Of a stretch of DNA of 60,670 nt, positions 50,056 through 59,726 are shown one piece after another. A program made the position numbers and the translations under genes. The notes under the pieces are model-generated. The model searched no databases, was not told the origin of the DNA, and worked only from the letters and a program-made list of their open reading frames with translations. Position 1 is the stretch's first letter; every line of letters starts with the position of its first letter. The stretch is from a bacterium (candidate division B38) B3_B38 (GTDB taxonomy: Bacteria > Acidobacteriota > B3-B38 > Guanabaribacteriales > B3-B38), in contig NJBL01000004.1 in assembly GCA_005223145.1 (NCBI GenBank), positions 1 to 60,670 of the forward strand, written 5' to 3'.

Positions 50056-51144
50056 TTACCTCAACTTGAGGGTGCTCAGACTCAGGAGCGCAAAGATTAT
50101 GGCGATAATCAGGAAGCGGGTGATAATCTTAGACTCCTTCCAGCCCAGAAGCTCAAAATGATGATGCAGAGGAGCCATTTTAAACACTCTTTTGCCATAA
50201 AAGCGGAAGGATATGACCTGAATAATGACCGAGAGGGCTTCGATGACAAACAGCCCCCCCACCAGGAGGAGGAGGATTTCCTGCTTTATCAAGACGGCAA
50301 CGGTCCCCATAGCCCCTCCTAAAGCCAGAGAGCCCACATCCCCCATAAATATCTGAGCAGGATGACAGTTAAACCAGAGGAAGCCGAGTGCTGCCCCCAC
50401 AATTCCACCGCAGAATACGGTCAGCTCTCCCACTCCACGGACATTGGTTACATTGAGGTAGTCAGCAACTATCGCATGGCCTGCCACATAAGCGAGGATG
50501 GCATAGGTAGCCGAGGCGATTAATACCGACCCGATTGCCAATCCATCCAGTCCATCGGTCATATTGACCGCATTGCTTGCTCCCACGATAACCGCGATCA
50601 CTAAAGGGACATAAAGCCAACCCAGGTCGGGGGTTAGCGTCTTAAAGAAGGGGAAGCTCAATTCGGCTGTATACATCCCCTTACTTATCAGCAATTCAAG
50701 GATAACAGCGACCGCTCCTCCAATAGCTATCTGGCAGAGGAGTTTTGTCTTTATGGTCAGTCCTCGGGAACGGGAGCGCCGCAGTTTCAGGTAGTCGTCC
50801 ACAAAACCCAAAAGGCCAAAGAAAATGGTGACCAGAATCAAAATCCATATAAATATGTTCTTGACATCTGCCCACAGGAGGGTAGGCACCACAATGGCTG
50901 TGATAATTATGAGCCCACCCATAGTGGGGGTTCCCTCTTTTCCCCGATGGGTCTCGGGAACAACATCCCTGATGGTCTGTTTTATCTGAAACTCTTTTAA
51001 TTTGCGGATCAGCCAGGGACCCATGGCAAAGCTTATTATCATTGCGGTCAGGGTGGCCAAGGCGGCGCGAAAAGTGATATACCTGAAGACATTAAAGGGA
51101 GAGATATATTCATGCAGAGAATAAAGGAGATAATAGAGCATCAA
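50056..51144 (-). CDS. mraY: Phospho-N-acetylmuramoyl-pentapeptide transferase
   Basis: GTPTMGG, DDYLK, NAVNMTDGLDGL, FMGDVGS, MAPLHHHFE. Confidence 0.97.
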   Translation of the reverse strand: MMLYYLLYSLHEYISPFNVFRYITFRAALATLTAMIISFAMGPWLIRKLKEFQIKQTIRDVVPETHRGKEGTPTMGGLIIITAIVVPTLLWADVKNIFIWILILVTIFFGLLGFVDDYLKLRRSRSRGLTIKTKLLCQIAIGGAVAVILELLISKGMYTAELSFPFFKTLTPDLGWLYVPLVIAVIVGASNAVNMTDGLDGLAIGSVLIASATYAILAYVAGHAIVADYLNVTNVRGVGELTVFCGGIVGAALGFLWFNCHPAQIFMGDVGSLALGGAMGTVAVLIKQEILLLLVGGLFVIEALSVIIQVISFRFYGKRVFKMAPLHHHFELLGWKESKIITRFLIIAIIFALLSLSTLKLR

Positions 51145-52550
51145 TCTCCCTCCAGGTTAAAGTGTTTTTTGAGATATTCCACAATCAGCTCCATTTTCAT
51201 CGCCCTGGAGCCTTTGACCAATATCAGATCCTTCTCCCTGATTAATGAGGACAAAAAGGGACCTACCTGCGAAGAGTCCGGGAAGTGGACCAAGGAGGCG
51301 GGGGGCATCCCTGCTTTTTGTGCCTCTTCAAGAGATTTTCGAGAGAGGTTTCCCACCCCGATTAAAAGGTCAATCCCTCCATTCCCTATCAATCTGCCAG
51401 CCTCCCGATGGGCTTCCTCGCTCCACTCCCCCAGTTCCAACATATCGCCGCTGATGACTATCTTGCGACCTTTGGTGGTCAAGGATTTAAAATAGTCAAG
51501 GACCAGCTCAAGGGCTCTGGGATTAGAGTTGTAAGAATCGTCAATAAGGGTAAACCCCTCCTTGAACCGAAGCACCCGGCTGCGCATGGGCATCCCCTTA
51601 TATCGGGCAAGCCTCTCCCTGATGGCAGCGAGAGGCACCTTGAAATAACATGCCACAGCAATGGCAGCCAGAGCATTGTAAAGGTTATAAAGACCGACAA
51701 GAGGAATGAAGAGCTTCTCTTCCTCTCCCTTATTGACCACCACTGTAAAGCTCCCCCCTTCCAGCTCCTTCCAGGCTATATCCTTCCCCATAATGTCGCT
51801 GCTGTTTTTAATGCCGAAGGGTATTATCTTTCCCTTAAAACGAGCCATAGCCTTCGCCGTCCAGGGGTCATCGCTGTTGACAATAGCTACCCTTTCTCCG
51901 CTTAGACTCTCCAGTAGCTTTCCCTTTTCCACAGCGATTTCCTCTACCGAGGAGAAGAACTCCATATGGACCGGGTTGACATTGGTGATAACTCCCACAT
52001 TTGGCTGGGCAATCTTTATTAGCTTCTCCATCTCTCCCGGCTCGCTTATCCCCATTTCGCCCACAAAGACCTCGTCCTTCTCCTCCAGGCTAAGCATCCC
52101 TAAGGGGAGCCCGTAGAGGTTGTTGTAATTGCCGGGGGTTCTCTTTACTTTGTAATCTCCCCGGAGGAGGGCGAAGATTATCTCCTTGGTGGTGGTCTTG
52201 CCAGAGCTTCCCGTTACACCAACTACTTCAACTTTCCATTTGCGGCGGAAGTGGGTAGCCAGCTCCATCAGCGCCTGATGCGTGTTGCGGACCATAATGA
52301 GATTTGCACTTATTAGCTCCCGAGGAAGCTCAACTTCTCTGCTTATAATCGCCCCCTTAGCCCCTCGCCGAAGGGCTTCGGCGACGAATTGGTGCCCATC
52401 GTGGTGGGCTCCCTGGATGGCAAAAAAGAGGTCGCCCGGCTTGAGAGTCCTGGAATCGATGGAGTAGCTGGCGAGCCAGATGGAGCTGTCCCCTGATATC
52501 AGTTTCCCCTTCGCTACTTCTACTATCTCCCCAATCTGAACAACAGCCAT
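51141..52550 (-). CDS. murF: UDP-MurNAc-tripeptide--D-Ala-D-Ala ligase
   Basis: GSSGKTTTKE, DDSYNSNP, GDMLELG, KGSR. Confidence 0.95.
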   Translation of the reverse strand: MAVVQIGEIVEVAKGKLISGDSSIWLASYSIDSRTLKPGDLFFAIQGAHHDGHQFVAEALRRGAKGAIISREVELPRELISANLIMVRNTHQALMELATHFRRKWKVEVVGVTGSSGKTTTKEIIFALLRGDYKVKRTPGNYNNLYGLPLGMLSLEEKDEVFVGEMGISEPGEMEKLIKIAQPNVGVITNVNPVHMEFFSSVEEIAVEKGKLLESLSGERVAIVNSDDPWTAKAMARFKGKIIPFGIKNSSDIMGKDIAWKELEGGSFTVVVNKGEEEKLFIPLVGLYNLYNALAAIAVACYFKVPLAAIRERLARYKGMPMRSRVLRFKEGFTLIDDSYNSNPRALELVLDYFKSLTTKGRKIVISGDMLELGEWSEEAHREAGRLIGNGGIDLLIGVGNLSRKSLEEAQKAGMPPASLVHFPDSSQVGPFLSSLIREKDLILVKGSRAMKMELIVEYLKKHFNLEGD

Positions 52551-52553
52551 GGG

Positions 52554-54035
52554 TTAACTTCCCCTTTTCTTTGAGATGAACTGCCGGGCGACCTCCCGGT
52601 CGTCAAAAGGGATAACCTTATCCCCTATAATCTGATACCTCTCGTGCCCCTTGCCTGCGATCAACACTGTATCCCCGGGGCGGGCTTCCTCTATGGCTTT
52701 CTTGATAGCCTCTTTCCGGTCGGGGATGACCAGGTGGGCTCCTTTTCTCACCCCCACGCTTTCGATCCCCACCTCTATCTCTCTTATTATCTGCAAAGGA
52801 TCTTCAGTGCGGGGGTTATCAGAGGTCACCATGGCTATATCGCTTAATTTCACCGCATGCGCTCCCATGAGTGGTCTTTTGCTGGGATCCCTGTCCCCAC
52901 CGCAGCCGAAAACGGTGATGACTCTCCCTTTGGCGACCTCCCTTACGCTTTCCAACAGGTTCTTCAGGGCATCGTCGGTATGGGCATAATCGACAATGAC
53001 GGTGAAATCCTGTCCTTCATCCAGCTGTTCGAACCTTCCAGGTATGGGGCTGACTCGGGCAATCCCCCGGGAGATGCCAGATAGGGGGATGCCCGCTGCC
53101 ATACCCACCCCCACGGCGGCTAATATATTGGATAGATTCCCCCTACCTATCAAAGGGGAGCTGACCTTCAGTTTCCCTTTAGGGGTTTTTATTGTTGCCT
53201 TAAGACCTTTCAGAGAGAACCGATAGCTTTCAACGGTAACATCAGCCGGGGGTTGCCACCCATAGGTTATGCTCCTGACTTTCAAGCCCCGCTGTAGCTC
53301 CTTCCCCTTGGGGTCGTCAAGGTTTATAACCGCTACCCCCACCTTTTTGTTTTCTAAGTATTCGAAGAGTTTCCTTTTGGAGGAGAAATACCTCTCCATG
53401 CTTAAGTGAAAATCTAAATGGTCCCGAGTAAGATTGGTAAACACCGCCACATCGAAATCGCAGCCGTAAACCCGCTCCATATCCAGCGAGTGAGAGGAGA
53501 CCTCTATCACACATGCCAGACAGTCGTTTTCTACCATCTCTGCCAGGTAGCGGTTGATGTCGGGAGCTTCGGGGGTGGTTCGCTCTGCTTCCACCAGGCG
53601 TTCGCCGATCCGATAGTCTATGGTACCTAACCGTCCTATCTTTCTCCCCCCTTGCTGGAAGATCGATTCTACCAGATAGGTCACCGTGGTCTTCCCATTG
53701 GTGCCGGTTACTCCAATGAGATACAGCCTCCGGCTCGGCTGATTGTAGAAGTTGCCGCTTATGATAGCCAGTGCCCCCCGGGCATTATCCACTATTGCCC
53801 AGCTCAGCTTTGACCCTATGGGGATAGCTTTCTGCTCGGATACAATGGCTACCGCTCCTCGCTCAATAGCTTCCGGTATGAAGTCGTTGCCATCGAAGTT
53901 ATCCCCTCGGATTGCTACAAAAAGGTGCCCTTTGCCAACCTTTCGAGAATCATAGCTTATCCCCTCTATGGAGATATCAAGATTCCCCGCTAAATGGAAG
54001 CAGGGAACACCTTTTAGCAGCTCCTCTAATATCAT
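52554..54035 (-). CDS. murE: UDP-MurNAc-dipeptide--meso-DAP ligase
   Basis: GTNGKTT, EVSSH, DHLDFH, DYAHT, DNPR (mDAP-specific motif), AGKGHE. Confidence 0.96.
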   Translation of the reverse strand: MILEELLKGVPCFHLAGNLDISIEGISYDSRKVGKGHLFVAIRGDNFDGNDFIPEAIERGAVAIVSEQKAIPIGSKLSWAIVDNARGALAIISGNFYNQPSRRLYLIGVTGTNGKTTVTYLVESIFQQGGRKIGRLGTIDYRIGERLVEAERTTPEAPDINRYLAEMVENDCLACVIEVSSHSLDMERVYGCDFDVAVFTNLTRDHLDFHLSMERYFSSKRKLFEYLENKKVGVAVINLDDPKGKELQRGLKVRSITYGWQPPADVTVESYRFSLKGLKATIKTPKGKLKVSSPLIGRGNLSNILAAVGVGMAAGIPLSGISRGIARVSPIPGRFEQLDEGQDFTVIVDYAHTDDALKNLLESVREVAKGRVITVFGCGGDRDPSKRPLMGAHAVKLSDIAMVTSDNPRTEDPLQIIREIEVGIESVGVRKGAHLVIPDRKEAIKKAIEEARPGDTVLIAGKGHERYQIIGDKVIPFDDREVARQFISKKRGS

Positions 54036-55816
54036 CTTTTCTCTTCTTGAGGGCTATTTGACCACTCGACCCCTTCCCTCTCTCTCCCTGCCAGGATATT
54101 AGTAGCCACCAGGTGGGTCTGGTCCCTCTGACGAGGAGGTATGCGGAGATATTTGACTAATTGTTGGGCAATCTCCTTGAACAGGGGGGCGGCTACCTCT
54201 CCACCGTAATAGCTTCCTTGAGGCTCGTCAATTACTACAATCATGGCTATCACCGGGTCATTTGCAGGGAGGAACCCGATGAAAGAGGCGACATATTTAT
54301 CAGGCCCATAGCGTTGGGCAACGGGGTCAAACTTTTGGGCAGTCCCCGTCTTGCCGGCTATTATATAACCAGGAAGTTTAGCAGCAGTGCCTGTCCCCCT
54401 TTCTACCACCGCTATCATTATGTTAAGGAGCTGTTGAGCTGTCTGGGGGGAGATTATCCGGCGCACAGGTGAGGGGGAGAACTCATTGAGTAGCTCCCCC
54501 CGGCGGGAGAGGACCTTTTTAACTACCCGGGGCTTCATCACATACCCCTCATTGGCAATAGCGGAAGCGATAGTTAGCAATTGCAGAGGAGTGACGCATA
54601 TCTCCTGCCCGATGGATATGGAACCAACGGATACCCCTGACCATTTTCTAAAAGGAAGAACTATCCCCCCGCTCTCACCGGGAAGGTCAATTCTGGTCTT
54701 CTTTCCGAAGCCGTAGCGCTGGACATGATGGTAGAGCTTCTGTTTTCCTATTCTGCTGCCGATAATGATGGCGCCGACATTGCTTGAATATTCTATTATC
54801 TGTTTGGTGGAAAGGACCCCATAAGGTTTATGGTCCCTTATATAAGAGCCCGCCACCTCAATCCCTCCCTCACCGCAATAGAAATGGTCGTCAAGCCCTA
54901 CCACCTTCTCCTCTAACGCCATGGCCAAGAGCAGGATTTTGAAGGTTGAGCCTGGCTCGTAGATATCGGTGACCGCCCTGTTTCTCCAGGAACTTTCAGA
55001 GTAGCGGGCGAAATTATTGGGATCGTAATCAGGCTGGTTGGCTATGGCAAGGACCTCCCCGCTGCGGGGATTCATTATCACCACGCTCCCCCCCTTTGCC
55101 CCGGTGGTGCGCACTGTCTCTGCCAGCTCCTTTTCGGCGATGTACTGGATTATGGCGTCGATGTTCACCACGATGTCGTTGCCTGAGGTAGCCTCCTTGC
55201 GGGTGATCCCTTCTGGGAGAAAGTCTCTCCTTTTCGCATCAATAAGGGTGAGCTCCATACCGGACTCCCCCCTTATCTCCCGGTCGTAGAGATGCTCCAG
55301 GCCGTTCAGTCCCTGACTGTCTACTCCTGCAAAGCCTATCACATGCGAGGCGAGCTTCCCCTGGGGATAATACCTCTTGTCCTCTTTGAGAAACCCTATG
55401 CCAGGTAGCTTCAGCTCCCTTATCTGCTGGGTGGGCTCGGGCTCTACTTTTCTCTCTATCCACACGAAGCTCTTATTACTGCGGAGACGCTTTTCCAGGA
55501 TGGACCGCTTTACAGGAAGCACCTTTGCCAATTTCGACGCTGTCTGTGAGGGATTGGTGACTTCGGTGGGGAGGGCATAGATGGAGGTCATCTCCACATT
55601 GACCGCCAGCTCCTTCCCGTTGCGGTCGTAGATGCGCCCCCGCTTGGGATTGAGCTTTATGGTCCGTTCCCTCTGGATTTTCCCCCTCTGGGCTAATCTG
55701 TCACGCTGGTAGACCTGCAAAGAAACCAATCTCCACAATATCAGTCCCATCCAGATAAAGACAACCAGTATCAGGAGGGAGATTCTTATGTATGTCTTTC
55801 TTTTAACAAGGTTCAT
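54032..55816 (-). CDS. ftsI: Class B penicillin-binding protein (FtsI/PBP3)
   Basis: RGRIYDR, RYYP, EPGSTFK (SxxK), SSN, KTGTA. Confidence 0.93.
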   Translation of the reverse strand: MNLVKRKTYIRISLLILVVFIWMGLILWRLVSLQVYQRDRLAQRGKIQRERTIKLNPKRGRIYDRNGKELAVNVEMTSIYALPTEVTNPSQTASKLAKVLPVKRSILEKRLRSNKSFVWIERKVEPEPTQQIRELKLPGIGFLKEDKRYYPQGKLASHVIGFAGVDSQGLNGLEHLYDREIRGESGMELTLIDAKRRDFLPEGITRKEATSGNDIVVNIDAIIQYIAEKELAETVRTTGAKGGSVVIMNPRSGEVLAIANQPDYDPNNFARYSESSWRNRAVTDIYEPGSTFKILLLAMALEEKVVGLDDHFYCGEGGIEVAGSYIRDHKPYGVLSTKQIIEYSSNVGAIIIGSRIGKQKLYHHVQRYGFGKKTRIDLPGESGGIVLPFRKWSGVSVGSISIGQEICVTPLQLLTIASAIANEGYVMKPRVVKKVLSRRGELLNEFSPSPVRRIISPQTAQQLLNIMIAVVERGTGTAAKLPGYIIAGKTGTAQKFDPVAQRYGPDKYVASFIGFLPANDPVIAMIVVIDEPQGSYYGGEVAAPLFKEIAQQLVKYLRIPPRQRDQTHLVATNILAGREREGVEWSNSPQEEKR

Positions 55817-56175
55817 TTTTTATTCTCGGTATCCACGATTATGACTTGACTCTCTGCGGGTTCCTTCATATGGAGCCTCTCCCTGGCTATCCTTTCAATC
55901 CTGGCGGGAGACGAGAGGGAATCCTTCTCCAGCCGGAGGCGTTTGTTGGTTTCTAACAGCTCCTTCTGCAGCTTCTTCTGGTCGTTTATCTTATAGCCGT
56001 AATTGAGAGCTTCCATCTGGAACCAGAGGTAAAAAAGAAAAAACATCAGCACCAGAAGCCCCAGCAGGAGGAATTTGGTCATGTCCCTCTTCCGCCGGGT
56101 ATCTTTTTCTTTCACCACCGGGAGGTTGTAAACATAGTGGTTCATGGCTGGCATCTCTTGGGGTGTGTTCCGCAT
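55813..56175 (-). CDS. ftsL: Cell division protein FtsL
   Basis: Single TM helix plus coiled coil, LSSPARIERIA; lies between rsmH and ftsI. Confidence 0.85.
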   Translation of the reverse strand: MRNTPQEMPAMNHYVYNLPVVKEKDTRRKRDMTKFLLLGLLVLMFFLFYLWFQMEALNYGYKINDQKKLQKELLETNKRLRLEKDSLSSPARIERIARERLHMKEPAESQVIIVDTENKK

Positions 56176-56199
56176 CGGACTAAGCCTTAAGCCCCCGGG

Positions 56200-57138
56200 C
56201 TAAACCCTTTCTCCCACCCTTAGCCTGGCACTGCGACACGATGGGTTCTCCTCTATCTCTTCCGGAGATGGTCGTATAGGCTTGGATGTAAGGAGTCTGA
56301 GTATTTTCTTTGTGCCACAGCGACACTCGGGAAGCGAAGGGGGGCAAATGCAACGCCCGGTCAAGCTCCGGAAAGCCTCTTTCACTATCCTGTCCTCCAG
56401 GGAGTGATAACTCAGAATGACAAATCTGCCCCCCTTCGCTAACTGGGGAGCGGAGCTGAGGATAAACTCCCTCAGCCCTTCCAGTTCTCTATTTACCGCA
56501 ATCCGCAGCGCCTGAAAGGTTCTGGTCGCCGGATGTATGCGGTAAGGGGGAGAGGTGGGCACCACCCTGGTTATGATGTCCCGGAGCTCTGAGGTGCGGC
56601 TTATTTTCTTCTTCTTCCGATGCTGGACAATGGCTCTGGCAATCCTGTTTGCCCACCTCTCCTCCCCAAATTTATGTATTATCCTTGCCAGCTCTCCCTG
56701 AGAGCGGCGGTTTATCAGCTCCTCGGCGGTCTCTCCACTGCTGGCATCAAACCGCATGTCAAGGGGTCCGTCTGCCATAAAGCTGAACCCCCTGCGGGGG
56801 GAGGCTAACTGGTAAGACGAGAGTCCGAGGTCAACCAGGACCCCATCCACCTGAGCGATCTTCTTGGCCATAAGAATCTCTGGCAGTTGCCTGAAGTCGG
56901 CAGCCAAAAGCTCTCTCCTACCGAAAAAGCTCTTCAGCCTCTCTTCGGCGATGGCAAGCACTTGCTTATCCTTATCCACACCTATTAGCCTCCCCCCGGG
57001 GGACAGAAGGTTTAAAATGCCTTCGCTGTGCCCTCCTTCTCCTACCGTGCAGTCAACATATAGACCATCCCCCTTCCAGACCAGAAGCTCCAGCACCTTT
57101 TCCAATAACACTGGATGATGGACCGCCTGGTCAAACAT
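56200..57138 (-). CDS. rsmH: 16S rRNA m4C1402 methyltransferase
   Basis: HHPVL, DCTVGEGGHS, DLGLSSYQL, PLDMR, HPATRTFQALRI, SYHSLEDR. Confidence 0.97.
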   Translation of the reverse strand: MFDQAVHHPVLLEKVLELLVWKGDGLYVDCTVGEGGHSEGILNLLSPGGRLIGVDKDKQVLAIAEERLKSFFGRRELLAADFRQLPEILMAKKIAQVDGVLVDLGLSSYQLASPRRGFSFMADGPLDMRFDASSGETAEELINRRSQGELARIIHKFGEERWANRIARAIVQHRKKKKISRTSELRDIITRVVPTSPPYRIHPATRTFQALRIAVNRELEGLREFILSSAPQLAKGGRFVILSYHSLEDRIVKEAFRSLTGRCICPPSLPECRCGTKKILRLLTSKPIRPSPEEIEENPSCRSARLRVGERV

Positions 57139-57191
57139 AGGTGACTTTCCTCCTGGATAGGGGATTATAACCTGACTTTTCGTCCCAGCTA

Positions 57192-57632
57192 TTAGATGTT
57201 CAGCTCAGCCAGACGAGTCATATCTTTCTCGGTAAGGGGATGGGCTTTAATGTGCTCCTCATAGCGCTTCTTGTTCCACACCTCCAGATGCTTGACACTA
57301 CCGAGCACCGCCACTTCTCCATCCATCTGGGCACTCTCCCTCAGAAGCGTGTGGATCAGCACCCGACCCTGCTTGTCCATGGCCGTCATCTGACCGAAGT
57401 AGTTGGTGCGACTGAGGAACTTTATCCTCACCGGTTCCATGGAGGGCAGCCTGGCTATCCTTCTCATCAGCTCCATCCAGACCTCCCGGGGATAAATCAG
57501 CACATTATCCCCGCTGAGACTGGTCACATAGAGCTCGGTGCCGTACTCCTTCTCAATGAGCTGCCGAAAGGCAGTGGGGATTTTTATCCTCCCCTTATCG
57601 TCTACCTTGGTGGGAAAATTACCCGTGAGCAT
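57192..57632 (-). CDS. mraZ: MraZ transcriptional regulator, paralogue 1 (proximal)
   Basis: Two DxxGR motifs (DDKGRIKIP, DKQGRVLI), LEVWN. Confidence 0.9.
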   Translation of the reverse strand: MLTGNFPTKVDDKGRIKIPTAFRQLIEKEYGTELYVTSLSGDNVLIYPREVWMELMRRIARLPSMEPVRIKFLSRTNYFGQMTAMDKQGRVLIHTLLRESAQMDGEVAVLGSVKHLEVWNKKRYEEHIKAHPLTEKDMTRLAELNI

Positions 57633-57691
57633 TAACCCTTCTCCCTTAACAAGTCTATTCCAGCAAGCAGGAAAGCGAAATCAGGGACGAA

Positions 57692-57743
57692 AGTCCACTT
57701 TAGTCCACCAACAATGTTAGTATATCTTTTCCCCCTTTGTCAA
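57692..57743 (-). promoter_or_regulatory. Putative promoter of the proximal mraZ with GTGGACT direct repeats at 10-bp period
   Basis: Minus strand TTGACA-18 nt-TAACAT followed by GTGGACTAAA GTGGACT (AGTCCAC at 57692 and 57702 on +). Confidence 0.55.
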
Positions 57744-57841
57744 GAGAAAATATTCATTTAATTGAATCTATTATCTCCTCTCTTTCTCTGTTGAGAAGGT
57801 CAAAGGGTCCCCGTTTTTCGATGCAGGGGCAAGAGCTGCGC

Positions 57842-58288
57842 TCAGGGCTTCTGGCTGAGCTCCAATAGCTGGGCAGAGAAGCTGTCCATTAGGGATTTGG
57901 AATCTGCCAGGAACTTCTCCCATCGCTCCTTGTTCCATATCTCTATGCGGTTGGAGACCCCGATGATGACCACCTCCTTGTCAAACTGGGCGTACTCCCG
58001 TAAATGCAAGGGGATAAGGATTCTCCCTTGCTTATCCAATGTGCACTCGCTGGCGCCTGAGTAAAAGAACCTCATGAAGTTGAGGACTTTCTCTTTGAGG
58101 ATGGAGAGCTGCTGGAGTCTCTCTTTGAGCAGGTCCCATTCAACTGCCGGGAAAGCCACCAGACAGAGGTCGAAGTTGGTCACTATCAGCCGGTCGTCAA
58201 AATGGGACTGAAGCACCTCCCTGAAGGACGGCGGGATGTTGACCCTCCCCTTGGAATCGATCCTATATATATACTTCCCTTTGAACAT
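57842..58288 (-). CDS. mraZ: MraZ transcriptional regulator, paralogue 2 (distal)
   Basis: MFKG...IDSKGRVNIP, LDKQGRILIP, IEIWN. Confidence 0.93.
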   Translation of the reverse strand: MFKGKYIYRIDSKGRVNIPPSFREVLQSHFDDRLIVTNFDLCLVAFPAVEWDLLKERLQQLSILKEKVLNFMRFFYSGASECTLDKQGRILIPLHLREYAQFDKEVVIIGVSNRIEIWNKERWEKFLADSKSLMDSFSAQLLELSQKP

Positions 58289-58343
58289 AAAGGAGAACCC
58301 CCTGTAATGATGTAATCCGCATTACCAGCCTCAATTCATATCT

Positions 58344-58430
58344 CCCACTTTTCCCCACTCAAGCTCCATAGTACCCTTTCCCGCACCCCTTGTCAAGCAT
58401 TTTTTTATAAAATCTCCACATTTTTCCCAC
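58344..58430 (-). promoter_or_regulatory. Promoter of the distal mraZ with GTGGG MraZ-type boxes
   Basis: Minus strand TTGACA (58396-58391)-17 nt-TACTAT (58373-58368). ATGGA/GTGGG/GTGGG at 10-bp period (58364, 58354, 58344), plus GTGGG/GTGGA at 58426/58415. Confidence 0.7.
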
Positions 58431-58491
58431 TTCCGGCGCCCATTATGGTGAAAATGGTCAAGCCGCCGCCCCCTTCAGCACCTCTTTCGGC

Positions 58492-58520
58492 TTGCATATC
58501 CCTTTCGCTCAGGCTATAAT
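58492..58520 (+). promoter_or_regulatory. Sigma70 promoter of ychF, divergent from mraZ
   Basis: TTGCAT-17 nt-TATAAT. Confidence 0.65.
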
Positions 58521-58613
58521 GGAGGAAAATAAATGCCGAAAGCCGGGGTTACCTGAGGGGAGGCGGACTATTTTCTGTAATCCCCGCGGTCATTTCGGCA
58601 GAGGGAGGCAGCC

Positions 58614-59699
58614 ATGAAGATGGGAATACTCGGCTTCCCCAAGGTGGGGAAGACCACCCTGTTTAACCTCCTCACCAGCTCGCAGGTGGTCACCACCAAA
58701 TACTCCTCCGGGCTGGTGGAGCCGAATGTAGGCATCATCAATGTCCCCGAACCGCGCCTGGAGAAGCTCACCGAGCTCTTCCAGCCCCAGCGCACCATAC
58801 TTGCCCAGATAGAGTATATTGATATTATGGGAGCGGCGGGCGGTGAGCTGAGGAAGAGCGCCTATTTAGCCAGTCTGCGACTGGCAGATGCCCTGACGCA
58901 TATGGTGCGTGCCTATGAGGATAAGGAGATAGTCCACAGCGAGGGGGAGATTGAACCCCGGCGGGATGCCGCCCGGATGGATGCCGAGCTGATCTTAGCC
59001 GACCTCATGGTGCTGGAGGGACGACTGGAGAGTCTGGAGCAGACCATGAAGAAGGTCAAGAGCAAGGAGGATGAGCAGGAGCACGCACTGCTGCTGCGGT
59101 GCAAGGAAGCCCTGGAGAAGGAGACCCCGCTGCGGGAGGTGGAGTTCTCACCCGAGGAGGAGAAGATGCTGCGGGGGTTCGGCTTCCTCAGCGAGAAGCC
59201 GCTGCTGATTGTGGTCAACCTGGGGGAGGACGACCTCGCGCATTACGACGATTACCTCAAGCACTTCGGGCTGCAGGAGTGGACGGGGAAGAGGAGGGTG
59301 GCGCTGTGTCCGGTCAGCGGCAAGCTGGAGATGGAGCTGTCGCAACTGGAGGATGAGGAGCGGGGGGAGTTCATGAAGGAGATGGGGGTCAAGGAGCTCA
59401 GCACCGAGCGGATAATCCGCACCTCCTACCGCCTGCTGGAGCTGGTCTCGTTTTTCACCTACGCCGGGGAGGAGGTCAAGGCGTGGACCATAAAGCAGGG
59501 CACCTCGGCGCTGAGAGCCGCCGGGCAGATTCACACCGACATTGAACGCGGATTCATCCGGGCGGAGGTGATTCCCTACGACGAGCTGATCGCCCTCGGC
59601 TCCCTGAGCGAAGCCCGCCAGAAAGGTCTCCTGCGATTAGAAGGGAAAACCTACCAGGTCCAGGACGGCGATGTTATTTACTTTCGGTTTAGTACTTAA
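58614..59699 (+). CDS. ychF: YchF/OLA1 family ribosome-binding ATPase
   Basis: GFPKVGKTTLFN, KPLLIVVNLGE (NxxE), FFT..EEVKAWTI, AAGQIHTDIERGFIRAEV, RLEGKTYQVQDGDVIYFRF. Confidence 0.93.
   Translation: MKMGILGFPKVGKTTLFNLLTSSQVVTTKYSSGLVEPNVGIINVPEPRLEKLTELFQPQRTILAQIEYIDIMGAAGGELRKSAYLASLRLADALTHMVRAYEDKEIVHSEGEIEPRRDAARMDAELILADLMVLEGRLESLEQTMKKVKSKEDEQEHALLLRCKEALEKETPLREVEFSPEEEKMLRGFGFLSEKPLLIVVNLGEDDLAHYDDYLKHFGLQEWTGKRRVALCPVSGKLEMELSQLEDEERGEFMKEMGVKELSTERIIRTSYRLLELVSFFTYAGEEVKAWTIKQGTSALRAAGQIHTDIERGFIRAEVIPYDELIALGSLSEARQKGLLRLEGKTYQVQDGDVIYFRFST
59628..59699 (+). repeat. Copy 1 of the ychF 3'-terminal 72 nt (the copy currently in use)
   Basis: Encodes LLRLEGKTYQVQDGDVIYFRFST-stop; 57/72 nt identical to 60396..60467. 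Confidence 0.9.
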
Positions 59700-59726
59700 T
59701 AGAAATACATGTAAGCATAAATTAAA

